IMG/VR virus record: IMGVR_UViG_3300019880_000002
Coordinates: 1-55,435 of that record
Source of the DNA: a virus
Taxonomy: Duplodnaviria; Caudoviricetes
Direction: 5' to 3' (one strand)
Length of the DNA: 55,435 bases
In this document: piece after piece, positions 19,661-27,531 of the stretch
Numbering within the stretch: position 1 is the first letter of the stretch
Layout of the letters: each line of letters opens with the position of its first letter
Translations under genes and position numbers: made by a program
Notes under the pieces: model-generated
Database searches by the model: none
The model's input: the letters and a program-made list of their open reading frames with translations, nothing else
Told to the model about the DNA's origin: nothing

Positions 19661-20070
19661 CGGCCAAATCCGGACATATCCGGACATTAGCCGATAAAGC
19701 TGGGGAAATCCGTACTTATCCGTATATTGACAACTAAATAGGGACAAGCTCCGATATATCGGGCTATACCAGAGGATATCCGGACCAATCACGACATAAG
19801 GGGATATACCATGGTAAAGCGGACTATAGCCGAGATTTTCGTAGTACCTACGGATAAAGCACCGTATCTACGGGTAATGCGGGAAGAAGGCGGATATACC
19901 AGGAAAAACCGGCTTAACGCATGGCCTTACGCGATATTCTGTGGTAAAGCGGTACATAAGCAGATTTAGTACGACAAAGTAAGGTTTTGCCGGATATCCT
20001 CTAGTATAGCCCGATATTGACGGACATAGACCGACATGGTCGGATATGTCATGGCTGATGATGATATATA
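19661..20070. repeat. Degenerate 10-bp tandem array (about 41 units, consensus near CGGAYATANC)
   Basis: Units at 19671, 19681, 19751, 19801, 19851, 19891, 19991, 20021 and 20041 are all in the same mod-10 register. Confidence 0.85.
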
Positions 20071-20164
20071 CCCCCATCTCCGTATAAGGATACGGATATG
20101 CCGCTACAGAGCAAAATGTCGGGCAATCGACACTTATATATCGCTACAGCCCCATATCGGAAAA

Positions 20165-20195
20165 GATCACGAGTACGTCCTAAGGGGACCCTACG
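20165..20195. repeat. 31-bp inverted repeat, left arm
   Basis: Reverse complement matches 20561-20591 at 28/31. Confidence 0.9.
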
Positions 20196-20232
20196 GAAGG
20201 TACGCATACACACCTAACGGAAGGTCAAGATC

Positions 20233-20532
20233 ATGGATATTCAGGCGTATGTCACAGAGGACGCTTACACCGGGTACGCTATCCACAAGGTAGTGAACCG
20301 GATCCTCCAGGACGCAGGCAGGGAGCCTATCCGTCCGCAGATGATGTACAATTACCTCCGGAACGGTCTCATCGTGAAGGGTGAGAAGATCTTCGGAGAG
20401 ACCCTCAGGACCGTAACGAACGAGGAAGTTGTAACGTTCCTCGTACGGTACATTGACAGGAACAAGATCGAGGTTGGGTCGGTTACTAACCCGGACCAGC
20501 TGGAACTCGATCTTGCGAGTGTTACAGAGTAG
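20233..20532 (+). CDS. Putative HTH DNA-binding protein
   Basis: IRPQMMYNYLRNG resembles VPPQVVYSYIKNN of 27532..28026. Confidence 0.7.
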   Translation: MDIQAYVTEDAYTGYAIHKVVNRILQDAGREPIRPQMMYNYLRNGLIVKGEKIFGETLRTVTNEEVVTFLVRYIDRNKIEVGSVTNPDQLELDLASVTE

Positions 20533-20560
20533 TACCCGAACGAACCAGTAAGTAAGGAAA

Positions 20561-20591
20561 CGTAGGGTCCTCTCAGAACGTACTCGTGATC
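20561..20591. repeat. 31-bp inverted repeat, right arm
   Basis: Pairs with 20165-20195. Confidence 0.9.
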
Positions 20592-21230
20592 CAGGAAGGC
20601 CACCCTAAGAAGGTAGTCTTTCTTGGGATACTCAGTATCTAGTGCCGGTTGTACCGGGTCCCAGACCGGACCCTGCCTTGAAGAGGATCTTGGTCGCTCG
20701 GGATCTTGAGCCTATAGTCTCGCGGGGGGACTATACAGGTCCATATCAAATTACGCTTCTCGTGCGATCTCGGGCATTCCGCACAATAGGTCCGTACCCC
20801 CTGGGTCTGACTTCACAAAATCCACACGGGCAGTCGGGCCGTGGGGCGAAGGGTCGGGGGAGGCGTGGCATGAGGACGTCGCAGGGAGTGCTAGGGCGGC
20901 GCAGGGGGTCCTAACCCGGGGCTAAAACCAGCATGGGTTGATCGTTTAGGATTTAAACGATAGATCAAACGCAATTAGCTCTCTTGGTTCAACTAACCCT
21001 CACTGTTTTCTCTCGGGTCGAATTACATGTTCCTCTCCGTTCGTATACTTTTCTTTACTATATATTACTATAAACCAATATTCTATTAGTAATATACATA
21101 CAAGCGGGAGATCCATCAACCAACCCAGTGTCCGGATCGCAACCTTCCTGCGACATTTAGACCTAGCGCTAGGAGGATTTAGACCTTTATGGAATGTTTT
21201 TCCGCATCTCATATCGGTCTAAATAGCCCC

Positions 21231-21262
21231 CTTGAAGTCGGTTGGTCGTTCTCCTATATAAT
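21231..21262 (+). promoter_or_regulatory. Early/middle promoter
   Basis: CTTGAAGTC...TATAAT with a 19-nt spacer; member of a 7-copy family. Confidence 0.75.
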
Positions 21263-21297
21263 TAAGGGAGATCAACCAACTAACCCATGGAGGAATT

Positions 21298-21684
21298 GTG
21301 GCTAAGATATACGACGATGACGAGTTTGAGAACTTGATGGCCCAATCCGGCCTAGAACAAAACGACCAACCAACCAATCAATCAACCAATCAATCAATCA
21401 ACCAGGAAACCAACCAACCAACCAGTCAACCAACCCTTAAGCCGCATAAAAAACCAGGTGCTCCAGCCAAGTACAATTGGGACGCATGGATCGATGGCAA
21501 ACTCCACGTTGCAGAACGCGGTGAAGACTTCGACATCCCTGCTATTGAATTCATGAATAGGTTACACAACTACGCTCGCCGCAAGGAACTATTCGTGAGC
21601 TCCGAGGTACTTGGTGATGGTAACGTTGAGTTCTGCTTTTACCGTTCAAAGGCTCTGCGTGAGGCAGCTAAGTACGGTGCCTAA
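21298..21684 (+). CDS. Hypothetical protein, KYxW-family paralogue 1, with a Q/N/T/P linker
   Basis: GGAGG RBS; KYNWDAWIDG motif. Confidence 0.8.
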   Translation: MAKIYDDDEFENLMAQSGLEQNDQPTNQSTNQSINQETNQPTSQPTLKPHKKPGAPAKYNWDAWIDGKLHVAERGEDFDIPAIEFMNRLHNYARRKELFVSSEVLGDGNVEFCFYRSKALREAAKYGA

Positions 21685-21955
21685 AGAAAAGTACCCCTGG
21701 AACGAATGGATGGATGGAGAAGAGCACCTCGTCTGCCCCAGAGACTACGAGGTAAACCTCTACCAGTTACGTGCTGCGTTGCACCAACGTGCATGGGTAG
21801 ATGGTGTAAAGGTAGTAACGAATGCTGTTGGCAGTGATATCCAATTCCATTTCATCCTAGATGATCGTACGCCTGAAGAACGAAAGTACGAGCGTCGGAA
21901 CAATGCGAAGAAGGTTAAGAAGCCCTTTTACGGTTGGGAGGAGGTCAAAGAGTAG
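21677..21955 (+). CDS. Hypothetical protein, KYxW-family paralogue 2
   Basis: GTG overlapping the end of the previous gene; KYPWNEWMDG motif. Confidence 0.8.
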   Translation: MPKEKYPWNEWMDGEEHLVCPRDYEVNLYQLRAALHQRAWVDGVKVVTNAVGSDIQFHFILDDRTPEERKYERRNNAKKVKKPFYGWEEVKE

Positions 21956-22206
21956 TGGAGCCCCCAATCGGATACATGCGTATGCAGTGGGATAATTGGC
22001 TTAACGGTCGTGCACATAAGATTAAATACGACAGTATAGGTGAGATGGCCTCTTTTATCGTAGAGCTGCGCAGACACGCTAAGATGCGGCATCTGTTCCT
22101 GCTATACAACAGCGGTCCAGAAGTGATGTTCATGACATTTGAAACCAAGGAAGCAAGGTGTCGTACCTTAGGGTGCGATGAGCCTGGACTACATTGGTGG
22201 GACTAA
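21955..22206 (+). CDS. Hypothetical protein, KYxW-family paralogue 3
   Basis: GGAGG RBS and TAGTG overlap; MQWDNWLNG motif. Confidence 0.7.
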   Translation: MEPPIGYMRMQWDNWLNGRAHKIKYDSIGEMASFIVELRRHAKMRHLFLLYNSGPEVMFMTFETKEARCRTLGCDEPGLHWWD

Positions 22207-22246
22207 GTAAGGCACAGAGGAATTTAAAAAAGCCCCCTTATAACCA

Positions 22247-22277
22247 CTTGTGTTCCAGAGAGAGCTACCTATATAAT
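22247..22277 (+). promoter_or_regulatory. Early/middle promoter
   Basis: TTGTGT-N18-TATAAT. Confidence 0.7.
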
Positions 22278-22359
22278 TAGTGTAGCAAGAAAAACAAAGC
22301 CACTTGACAAAAATGGGAAACAGCCATCAGAGCTCCGAAGCAACAGGAGGGTAAACTAA

Positions 22360-22662
22360 GTGGCAAACCTCGAATATGGAGAGGTACTCGAGTACATTAT
22401 GGCTCGGCGAGAAGCTGAGCTACGTGGGTATCGACTCGACAGCGAGACGTGGGCTGAGGAACGTGCTTTGGCATCGATGATGCAGCCTACGATCAACAAA
22501 GGCAAGAAGCTGGGTAAGAGGCCGATAAGTAGACAAGGTACTCTGAATCAGCAGATCATCGCCAAGAGTCCTGGAGATCGTCACAAAGGATTGGACTTCA
22601 TCAAGGCAGTCTATAGTGACAAGACCGGACAAGAGCAAGAGGATTGGACGATGAAGTTCTAA
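22360..22662 (+). CDS. Hypothetical protein
   Basis: AGGAGG RBS, 100 aa. Confidence 0.75.
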   Translation: MANLEYGEVLEYIMARREAELRGYRLDSETWAEERALASMMQPTINKGKKLGKRPISRQGTLNQQIIAKSPGDRHKGLDFIKAVYSDKTGQEQEDWTMKF

Positions 22663-22669
22663 AGACGTG

Positions 22670-22743
22670 AGGTGAGGGGCGGTTACCATTAGCCGCCTTT
22701 TACCTAAGGCGCTACTCTTAAACAACCGCGGGGGTTGTTTAAG
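22670..22743 (+). terminator. Tandem hairpins (terminator-like or structural)
   Basis: AGGTGAGGGGCGGTTA/TAGCCGCCTTTTACCT and CTTAAACAACC-GCGGG-GGTTGTTTAAG. Confidence 0.5.
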
Positions 22744-22774
22744 CCCACTCCTTCCATCACAAGGAGCCACAAAA

Positions 22775-23029
22775 ATGCAAAAGCTACACCCGGATGGCGT
22801 TGCTGCCCTCATCGCAGTAATTGTTGCGCCGGAGGATGTACGGCGACTCAAAATGCCACACAGTGACGCATTGTCCAGAGCGATCGATCGTCGTAGGGAT
22901 GAAGTGCTCCGCCTGGCGGCGCAGTATTACAGAATCCATCCATGCGATTTCGACAACAGCCGAGACTTCCCGCAGCAACGTAATGGAAGTCAAAACCTGG
23001 CCAAGCTGGATCGGCGGAACCTGCGGTGA
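22775..23029 (+). CDS. Hypothetical protein
   Basis: AAGGAG RBS, 84 aa. Confidence 0.6.
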   Translation: MQKLHPDGVAALIAVIVAPEDVRRLKMPHSDALSRAIDRRRDEVLRLAAQYYRIHPCDFDNSRDFPQQRNGSQNLAKLDRRNLR

Positions 23030-23331
23030 TGCTGCTCTTCGCACTCCTGTTTTGCTTTTCTCCGCCCTGTGGGCCTGAAGGTCAAGGGCCCGCGATTTGC
23101 CACTGGGACGCAGCAACCAGAGGCAACCATCAAGGAGAGAGTTACCTCCAGATCGGTCAAATCATCTTCTTTGGGGATGGTCGTACCCAAACGGTCGACT
23201 AGTTAGTACCCCAACGGTCAGCGGCAGTTGAAATATGACTGTAGCCTCGAAGGCACCGATGATCGCCACAATCCTAATTATGGTACCAAACGGTCAGTCC
23301 ATCGCTGATCGGGCCATATAGAGGAGGAACA

Positions 23332-23499
23332 ATGAAATACGTGTACGTGGTTTGGCAGCCCTCAGATCTCCCCAAGTTGGAGAACCTGTTGGCACGTCAA
23401 AGAAGGATCGACGACGCTTACGCATGGGAGTGCGAAGGTTGCGCCTACGACCCTAAGGTCGACGTCGAGTTGCTTGTGGATGGAGGCCAAGAACAGTAA
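23332..23499 (+). CDS. Hypothetical protein (55 aa; not in the ORF track)
   Basis: GAGGAGG RBS; MKYVYVVWQPSDLPK...CEGC. Confidence 0.65.
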   Translation: MKYVYVVWQPSDLPKLENLLARQRRIDDAYAWECEGCAYDPKVDVELLVDGGQEQ

Positions 23500-23571
23500 A
23501 GGACGAAACGCCGGGAGGCGTCGACCGTTCATGACGGTCCCGATGAGTCCATCACTCTGAAGGAGTACGAC

Positions 23572-23802
23572 ATGGGAATGCTTAAGCGTGAGGCGATGTC
23601 GTTGGTGGAGTACCTGCAGAACGTAGCAGGCATGGATACCAACTTCGAAGGCGACGTAGTGAAGATCGAGATCATGCTGCATCCAGACTTTGATTTGGTT
23701 GTCATCACGGACGAAGAGACGGCGTACTTCAATACGGATGCCGCTAGTCCATACCAAGGCGACGTTCTGTACCAGGTAGAAGGACCCGATGAAGTGGGGT
23801 AG
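23572..23802 (+). CDS. Hypothetical acidic protein
   Basis: AAGGAG RBS, 76 aa. Confidence 0.7.
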   Translation: MGMLKREAMSLVEYLQNVAGMDTNFEGDVVKIEIMLHPDFDLVVITDEETAYFNTDAASPYQGDVLYQVEGPDEVG

Positions 23803-23956
23803 AGGCAGCAGGGCTGGCAAATACCTCAAGGAGCGACCTGCAGGTAGTGTGTGTGACCACTGTGAATATACTAGTGGGATACGCAGGGTCGAGCTGTACG
23901 ATGCGGTTCGGTACCTATGTATGGAGTGTCGTAAGAGGATCCTTGAGTGGATCTAG
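23789..23956 (+). CDS. Small zinc-finger protein (55 aa; not in the ORF track)
   Basis: CDHC...CMEC pairs. Confidence 0.6.
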   Translation: MKWGRGSRAGKYLKERPAGSVCDHCEYTSGIRRVELYDAVRYLCMECRKRILEWI

Positions 23957-24057
23957 CAAGAGGAGAGTGGCGCAGCTTCAAAGTAGCGGCCACTCTTTCG
24001 ACCGGAATGCCCCTGTGGGAATTAGGAGACAGGGACCCGGTTGAACAGGAGGGTGAA

Positions 24058-24471
24058 GTGAATCAGATGGTGGAATACACCGACGTAGCCTGCAAGCGTT
24101 GTGGCTCTGAGCGAGGAGAACGGTGTGTGAATGCAAAGGGGCATGAAGTACCCCCTTCGCTTTCGCATAAGGCTCGTAGGGACCTAGCGATCGAGCTATC
24201 CAATCGGCGTGAAACTGAAGGCGCCAAGGGCGATGCATACTTCGCTGGAAGGGAAACCGACCTCACGAGGAAGGTACCTGAGGGATGGCAGCCAGATAGT
24301 ACAGGCGCCTTGGTGAACGGCATAAATCCGACGCTCGAGAAAGAGCGTCGGATCAAGCAGGTATTGTGGTCGATCAACTTCGCTCGTAAGGTTATGGGTG
24401 TATCGCAAGACCAGCTTGACCTCAACTTGGCCGAGATGATCGTTGATGGAGGCGTCGATGTTTCCTGCTAA
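24058..24471 (+). CDS. Zinc-finger protein
   Basis: CKRCGSERGERC...SHKAR; GGAGG RBS before GTG at 24058. Confidence 0.7.
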   Translation: MNQMVEYTDVACKRCGSERGERCVNAKGHEVPPSLSHKARRDLAIELSNRRETEGAKGDAYFAGRETDLTRKVPEGWQPDSTGALVNGINPTLEKERRIKQVLWSINFARKVMGVSQDQLDLNLAEMIVDGGVDVSC

Positions 24472-24751
24472 GGGTGCTCACCTCGAGCTGAACGAGAAGT
24501 ACCTTGCATGGATGCAAGGACGTCTGATCGAGATCGAGGCCGAGTATTCGGACGAGAACGCAGACGACGACAAGGATGCCGTCCTCGATGCTATGCTCGA
24601 ATACGAAGGTTGGGCCGAAGAGAAGGACAACTTCGGCCGTAAGGTCTTCGCTGCGACACCATACAAGGAAGGCGAGCTTCGCATCACTGTGGTTCACACC
24701 AAGCGAGGCGAGATCAGGCTCGACATCAGAGAATGGTTTGAAGGTAAGTAG
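24458..24751 (+). CDS. PC4/YdbC-like ssDNA-binding protein
   Basis: C-terminal ELRITVV...RLDIREWF motif. Confidence 0.55.
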   Translation: MFPAKGAHLELNEKYLAWMQGRLIEIEAEYSDENADDDKDAVLDAMLEYEGWAEEKDNFGRKVFAATPYKEGELRITVVHTKRGEIRLDIREWFEGK

Positions 24752-24795
24752 ACTTCCTACTTTGATCGTCGGCGAATGCAAGTTCGTCGTCGGTC

Positions 24796-25065
24796 ATGGA
24801 AGGAGGTATGGTGAAATACGCCGAAGCACTTCGCCGGTTGCACAACTGCTTCTTGGGCGAAGAGGATCTTGAGATCCGAATTGTCCTTACCGACCGACCA
24901 GATCTAGTTTATAGGGGCGGCACGCAGCTTGATGTCGTTCGAGTACACAAAACCCCCACCGGTGTTGTCATGATCGAAGGAGCTATCAGTGAATCCTGTG
25001 CTGAGCAGCCGCCAGTCGAAGGCACTCGAAGTAGGATGCCCGTACTGCGGACAGCAAAAGGGTAA
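24796..25065 (+). CDS. Hypothetical protein
   Basis: AGGAGG RBS near the start. Confidence 0.6.
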   Translation: MEGGMVKYAEALRRLHNCFLGEEDLEIRIVLTDRPDLVYRGGTQLDVVRVHKTPTGVVMIEGAISESCAEQPPVEGTRSRMPVLRTAKG

Positions 25066-25222
25066 GAAGTGTATCACCAAGGGTAAGTTGAATGCTGTCC
25101 CCCACAGCGCTCGACTGGTACAAGCATCCGAAGTGGCTGAGTTCAAGTCGAAGAAGCATCAGCGTCGTGCCGTTAACCACGGCTTCGTCGATGCTGGTGA
25201 GAAATTGACCTTCTCCGCGTAG
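24989..25222 (+). CDS. Zinc-finger protein (same finger type as 24058..24471)
   Basis: CPYCGQQKGKKC...PHSAR. Confidence 0.7.
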   Translation: MNPVLSSRQSKALEVGCPYCGQQKGKKCITKGKLNAVPHSARLVQASEVAEFKSKKHQRRAVNHGFVDAGEKLTFSA

Positions 25223-25280
25223 CTTTAATCGTCGATGCACGGGGGCATCGGCGGTTATGGATACGAAGGACAGGAGAAAC

Positions 25281-25568
25281 ATGTACGACCTAACTTGGTA
25301 TCAAGAGGAAGCAATTCGCAACTACGGGCTGTACATGGAAGTCCAGAAGAAAGTAAGCGCGCTGGAAGCGAATGCGCTCAGGTCAGCAGGAGGGTCTGTC
25401 AAGGCGCAATCGCAACTGCTAGGCGACGCAAGGACAGAAGCAGGATTTGAGTACAAGATTCGTTGCCAGCAGAGGACAACCTACCAGACGATAACGCTCC
25501 TGAACGTACAGATGGCAATCATGATGCAAGGACGAATGGCTTCCGTACCAATGCAGCGACAGGTTTGA
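25281..25568 (+). CDS. Hypothetical protein
   Basis: AGGAG RBS. Confidence 0.65.
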   Translation: MYDLTWYQEEAIRNYGLYMEVQKKVSALEANALRSAGGSVKAQSQLLGDARTEAGFEYKIRCQQRTTYQTITLLNVQMAIMMQGRMASVPMQRQV

Positions 25569-25600
25569 GCACAGGGGGCCCGAGTGTAAACTTGGACCCC

Positions 25601-25631
25601 GTGTAGTCAGACTTAGTTGTCACGGTATAAT
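25601..25631 (+). promoter_or_regulatory. Early/middle promoter (variant)
   Basis: GTGTAGTC...TATAAT with a 19-nt spacer. Confidence 0.6.
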
Positions 25632-25658
25632 TAAGGAAGACTAGTCAAAGGAGTACAA

Positions 25659-25850
25659 ATGCATCGCAGTAGCAACATCATCCAGCCCGTACAGGCGAGC
25701 AAGTTGAGCTGGCCGGATAAGTGGCGTCGGTACCTTCGGACATTCGATCGTTCGAAGCGAAGCCATGCACAAGCTGGATGGACAGTAGGACTGGTACTCG
25801 ATATATGGAACACGATTGATTCGTGTATGTCAATGCCAGCGAAGGCGTAA
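25659..25850 (+). CDS. Hypothetical protein
   Basis: AAGGAG RBS after the promoter. Confidence 0.55.
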   Translation: MHRSSNIIQPVQASKLSWPDKWRRYLRTFDRSKRSHAQAGWTVGLVLDIWNTIDSCMSMPAKA

Positions 25851-25933
25851 GGAATCCCACAGGGCCGCTTTGAATAATTGGCGCATTATAGAGGAGATAG
25901 CTTAGTAGCGAATCCTAACTACATAGGTACCAT

Positions 25934-26017
25934 GGAGATGTAGCTCAATGGTAGAGCGAGTGGTCACCGGAGAGATCTGGTTGTAAACTGTTGTAGGTTC
26001 GATTCCTACCGTCTCCA
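25934..26017 (+). ncRNA. tRNA-like RNA 1 (anticodon arm replaced by a GNRA-capped hairpin)
   Basis: Acceptor GGAGATG/CGTCTCC, D-arm GCTC-AATGGTA-GAGC, T-arm GTAGG-TTCGATT-CCTAC; middle ACCGGA-GAGA-TCTGGT. Confidence 0.8.
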
Positions 26018-26032
26018 CGGAAAGGAAATACC

Positions 26033-26179
26033 ATGCCGAAAGACGTAACGTACGTCGCGTTTCATCCGAAGGCGAAGATGCGTGCTGCACTTCTCCTTGC
26101 CAGTGTCTTGACATGTGGACTAGCCGCACCGATCTGGATAGGCTGGGAAATCAAGACGTGGAACAAGGTCTATTCTTAG
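26033..26179 (+). CDS. Small membrane protein (48 aa; not in the ORF track)
   Basis: AAGGA RBS; LLLASVLTCGLAAPIWIGW. Confidence 0.65.
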   Translation: MPKDVTYVAFHPKAKMRAALLLASVLTCGLAAPIWIGWEIKTWNKVYS

Positions 26180-26188
26180 GGGAGTACA

Positions 26189-26386
26189 ATGCGGTTCGAT
26201 GGTAACGATCTCGTTACGCTCTGCATCGGTTTTACTGGCGGCGTACTCTACTCGTACGTAATCTTACTCCTTCAGAAGTGGGTGCAACGTAAGCTTAACC
26301 AGCTCAGTAAGGATTTAGAGGATCTTGGCCGCTTGACAAAGGTTGATAGGCCGCCACATGAAGCTAGGAACCACGACTTTCTTTAA
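26189..26386 (+). CDS. Small membrane protein
   Basis: GGGAG RBS; N-terminal TM. Confidence 0.6.
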   Translation: MRFDGNDLVTLCIGFTGGVLYSYVILLLQKWVQRKLNQLSKDLEDLGRLTKVDRPPHEARNHDFL

Positions 26387-26393
26387 GAGACAC

Positions 26394-26425
26394 CTTGTAG
26401 TCCAGCTATATACCCAGCGTATAAT
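26394..26425 (+). promoter_or_regulatory. Early/middle promoter
   Basis: CTTGTAGTC...TATAAT with a 19-nt spacer. Confidence 0.7.
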
Positions 26426-26468
26426 TGAAGTAGAACAGCAAGGAAATGCCGGTGAAGAGCCATTGAGA

Positions 26469-26648
26469 ATGGTCGGTACATTTCCTTGTCGATCTGCCAA
26501 GACTGACAAAGATGGGAGGCTATCATGCGGCCCATTAGATAGTAAAGGGGTCTGTCAAAGACCACTGCACGTGACAGGACGCTGTGCTGAAGGTATGAAC
26601 TCTTTTCCCTTCCCAGGGGTCCTGCGTCCTGTCACCAAGACCGAATAG
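26469..26648 (+). CDS. Possible Cys-rich small protein
   Basis: 59-aa ORF after the promoter; stop overlaps tRNA-like RNA 2; weak RBS. Confidence 0.35.
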   Translation: MVGTFPCRSAKTDKDGRLSCGPLDSKGVCQRPLHVTGRCAEGMNSFPFPGVLRPVTKTE

Positions 26649-26741
26649 CTTATCGGTAGAGCATCATAAGGTCAGATTGTTTTCCCACCCTGCATCGGAA
26701 ACAGCCTTATGAAAGAGTAGGTTCGACTCCTACTTCGGTCA
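26639..26741 (+). ncRNA. tRNA-like RNA 2 (long extended arm in place of the anticodon loop)
   Basis: Perfect acceptor GACCGAA/TTCGGTC, D-arm GCTT-ATCGGTA-GAGC, T-arm GTAGG-TTCGACT-CCTAC; TCATAAGGT/GCCTTATGA plus TGTTTTCC/GGAAACA. Confidence 0.85.
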
Positions 26742-26769
26742 CGCAACACTCCATTCATCAGGAGGACAT

Positions 26770-27039
26770 GTGAAGACACTCCGCATTACAAGTACAGTAA
26801 CGGTCGTCACGAACGTCCCGTACAACGAGCACCACTACGGAAAGATGACGATCGAACAGGCTGTCGAAGCTGAGAGGGACACTGACCCTAAAGTCGTCTG
26901 GGAAGCTATTCAGATGGCTGTCCAGTCTGGGGAGTGCGAAGGCTCGCAGCAACGCAATGTCGACGTGATCGACGAAGACAATAGCGATGGAGCTGCAAGG
27001 TTCGCCCTCAGTGACATTGCAAGGAGCCTTCAAGCATGA
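26770..27039 (+). CDS. Hypothetical protein
   Basis: AGGAGG RBS. Confidence 0.75.
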   Translation: MKTLRITSTVTVVTNVPYNEHHYGKMTIEQAVEAERDTDPKVVWEAIQMAVQSGECEGSQQRNVDVIDEDNSDGAARFALSDIARSLQA

Positions 27040-27344
27040 CTACGTTGAAGACACACTTGCAGGAATGTCAGGCACTCTTCGACCAGAATGGCGACGTTGA
27101 AATCGTCGTCGAGTTGGTTGGTGGAGGGGATGCCACGCTTGAACGAGTAGAGTACGATGCAGAAGAGAACGTCGTCGTGTTCACCATCGTGCCCGACGAG
27201 ACCTCAGAGATTCCAGGACTGCCGCCAGGTGGCATGGAATTCAGAAATCGTCCTGACGCCCGCTACAGGGATGAAGGACCACTGACCAAGCCGCCCGCCG
27301 ACAGCCTGCCGGGCTTCGGGGTTGCCGAGCAGCCTGGTCAGTAG
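27036..27344 (+). CDS. Hypothetical acidic protein
   Basis: ATGA overlap, AAGGAG RBS. Confidence 0.75.
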   Translation: MTTLKTHLQECQALFDQNGDVEIVVELVGGGDATLERVEYDAEENVVVFTIVPDETSEIPGLPPGGMEFRNRPDARYRDEGPLTKPPADSLPGFGVAEQPGQ

Positions 27345-27350
27345 CAAGGT

Positions 27351-27413
27351 GTTGCCTGTATGGTTACAAGCTGGTCTGGGAGACAGCTGTAGGTTCGATT
27401 CCTACTAGGCACG
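27351..27413 (+). ncRNA. tRNA-like RNA 3 (minimal)
   Basis: TGCCTG/TAGGCA acceptor, T-arm GTAGG-TTCGATT-CCTAC, middle hairpin AGCTGGTCT-GGG-AGACAGCT. Confidence 0.65.
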
Positions 27414-27458
27414 CGGAGTAGGACCTTGAAATAGCCCCAAAAACATTTCAAGATCCCT

Positions 27459-27489
27459 CTTGCAGTCCAACTAGCTCAACCTGTATAAT
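27459..27489 (+). promoter_or_regulatory. Early/middle promoter
   Basis: CTTGCAGTC...TATAAT with an 18-nt spacer. Confidence 0.75.
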
Positions 27490-27531
27490 AAACATAGAAG
27501 GCAATACAAAACAACGTAGAAAGGCAACACC

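Noticed and set aside
19661-20070. Mu-type strong gyrase site
   Set aside because: The observed register is 10.0 bp, shorter than the period above 10.5 bp expected for right-handed gyrase wrapping; kept as an unexplained array
19553-20293. ORFs over the decamer array (19553..19792, 19868..20077, 20036..20293)
   Set aside because: No clear RBS, and the composition is dictated by the 10-bp repeat, which is not a multiple of three
25934-26017. Canonical tRNA-Thr(TGT) or tRNA-Tyr(GTA)
   Set aside because: TTGTAAA is present but is not closed by a proper 5-bp stem, and removing the inserted hairpin leaves no variable loop
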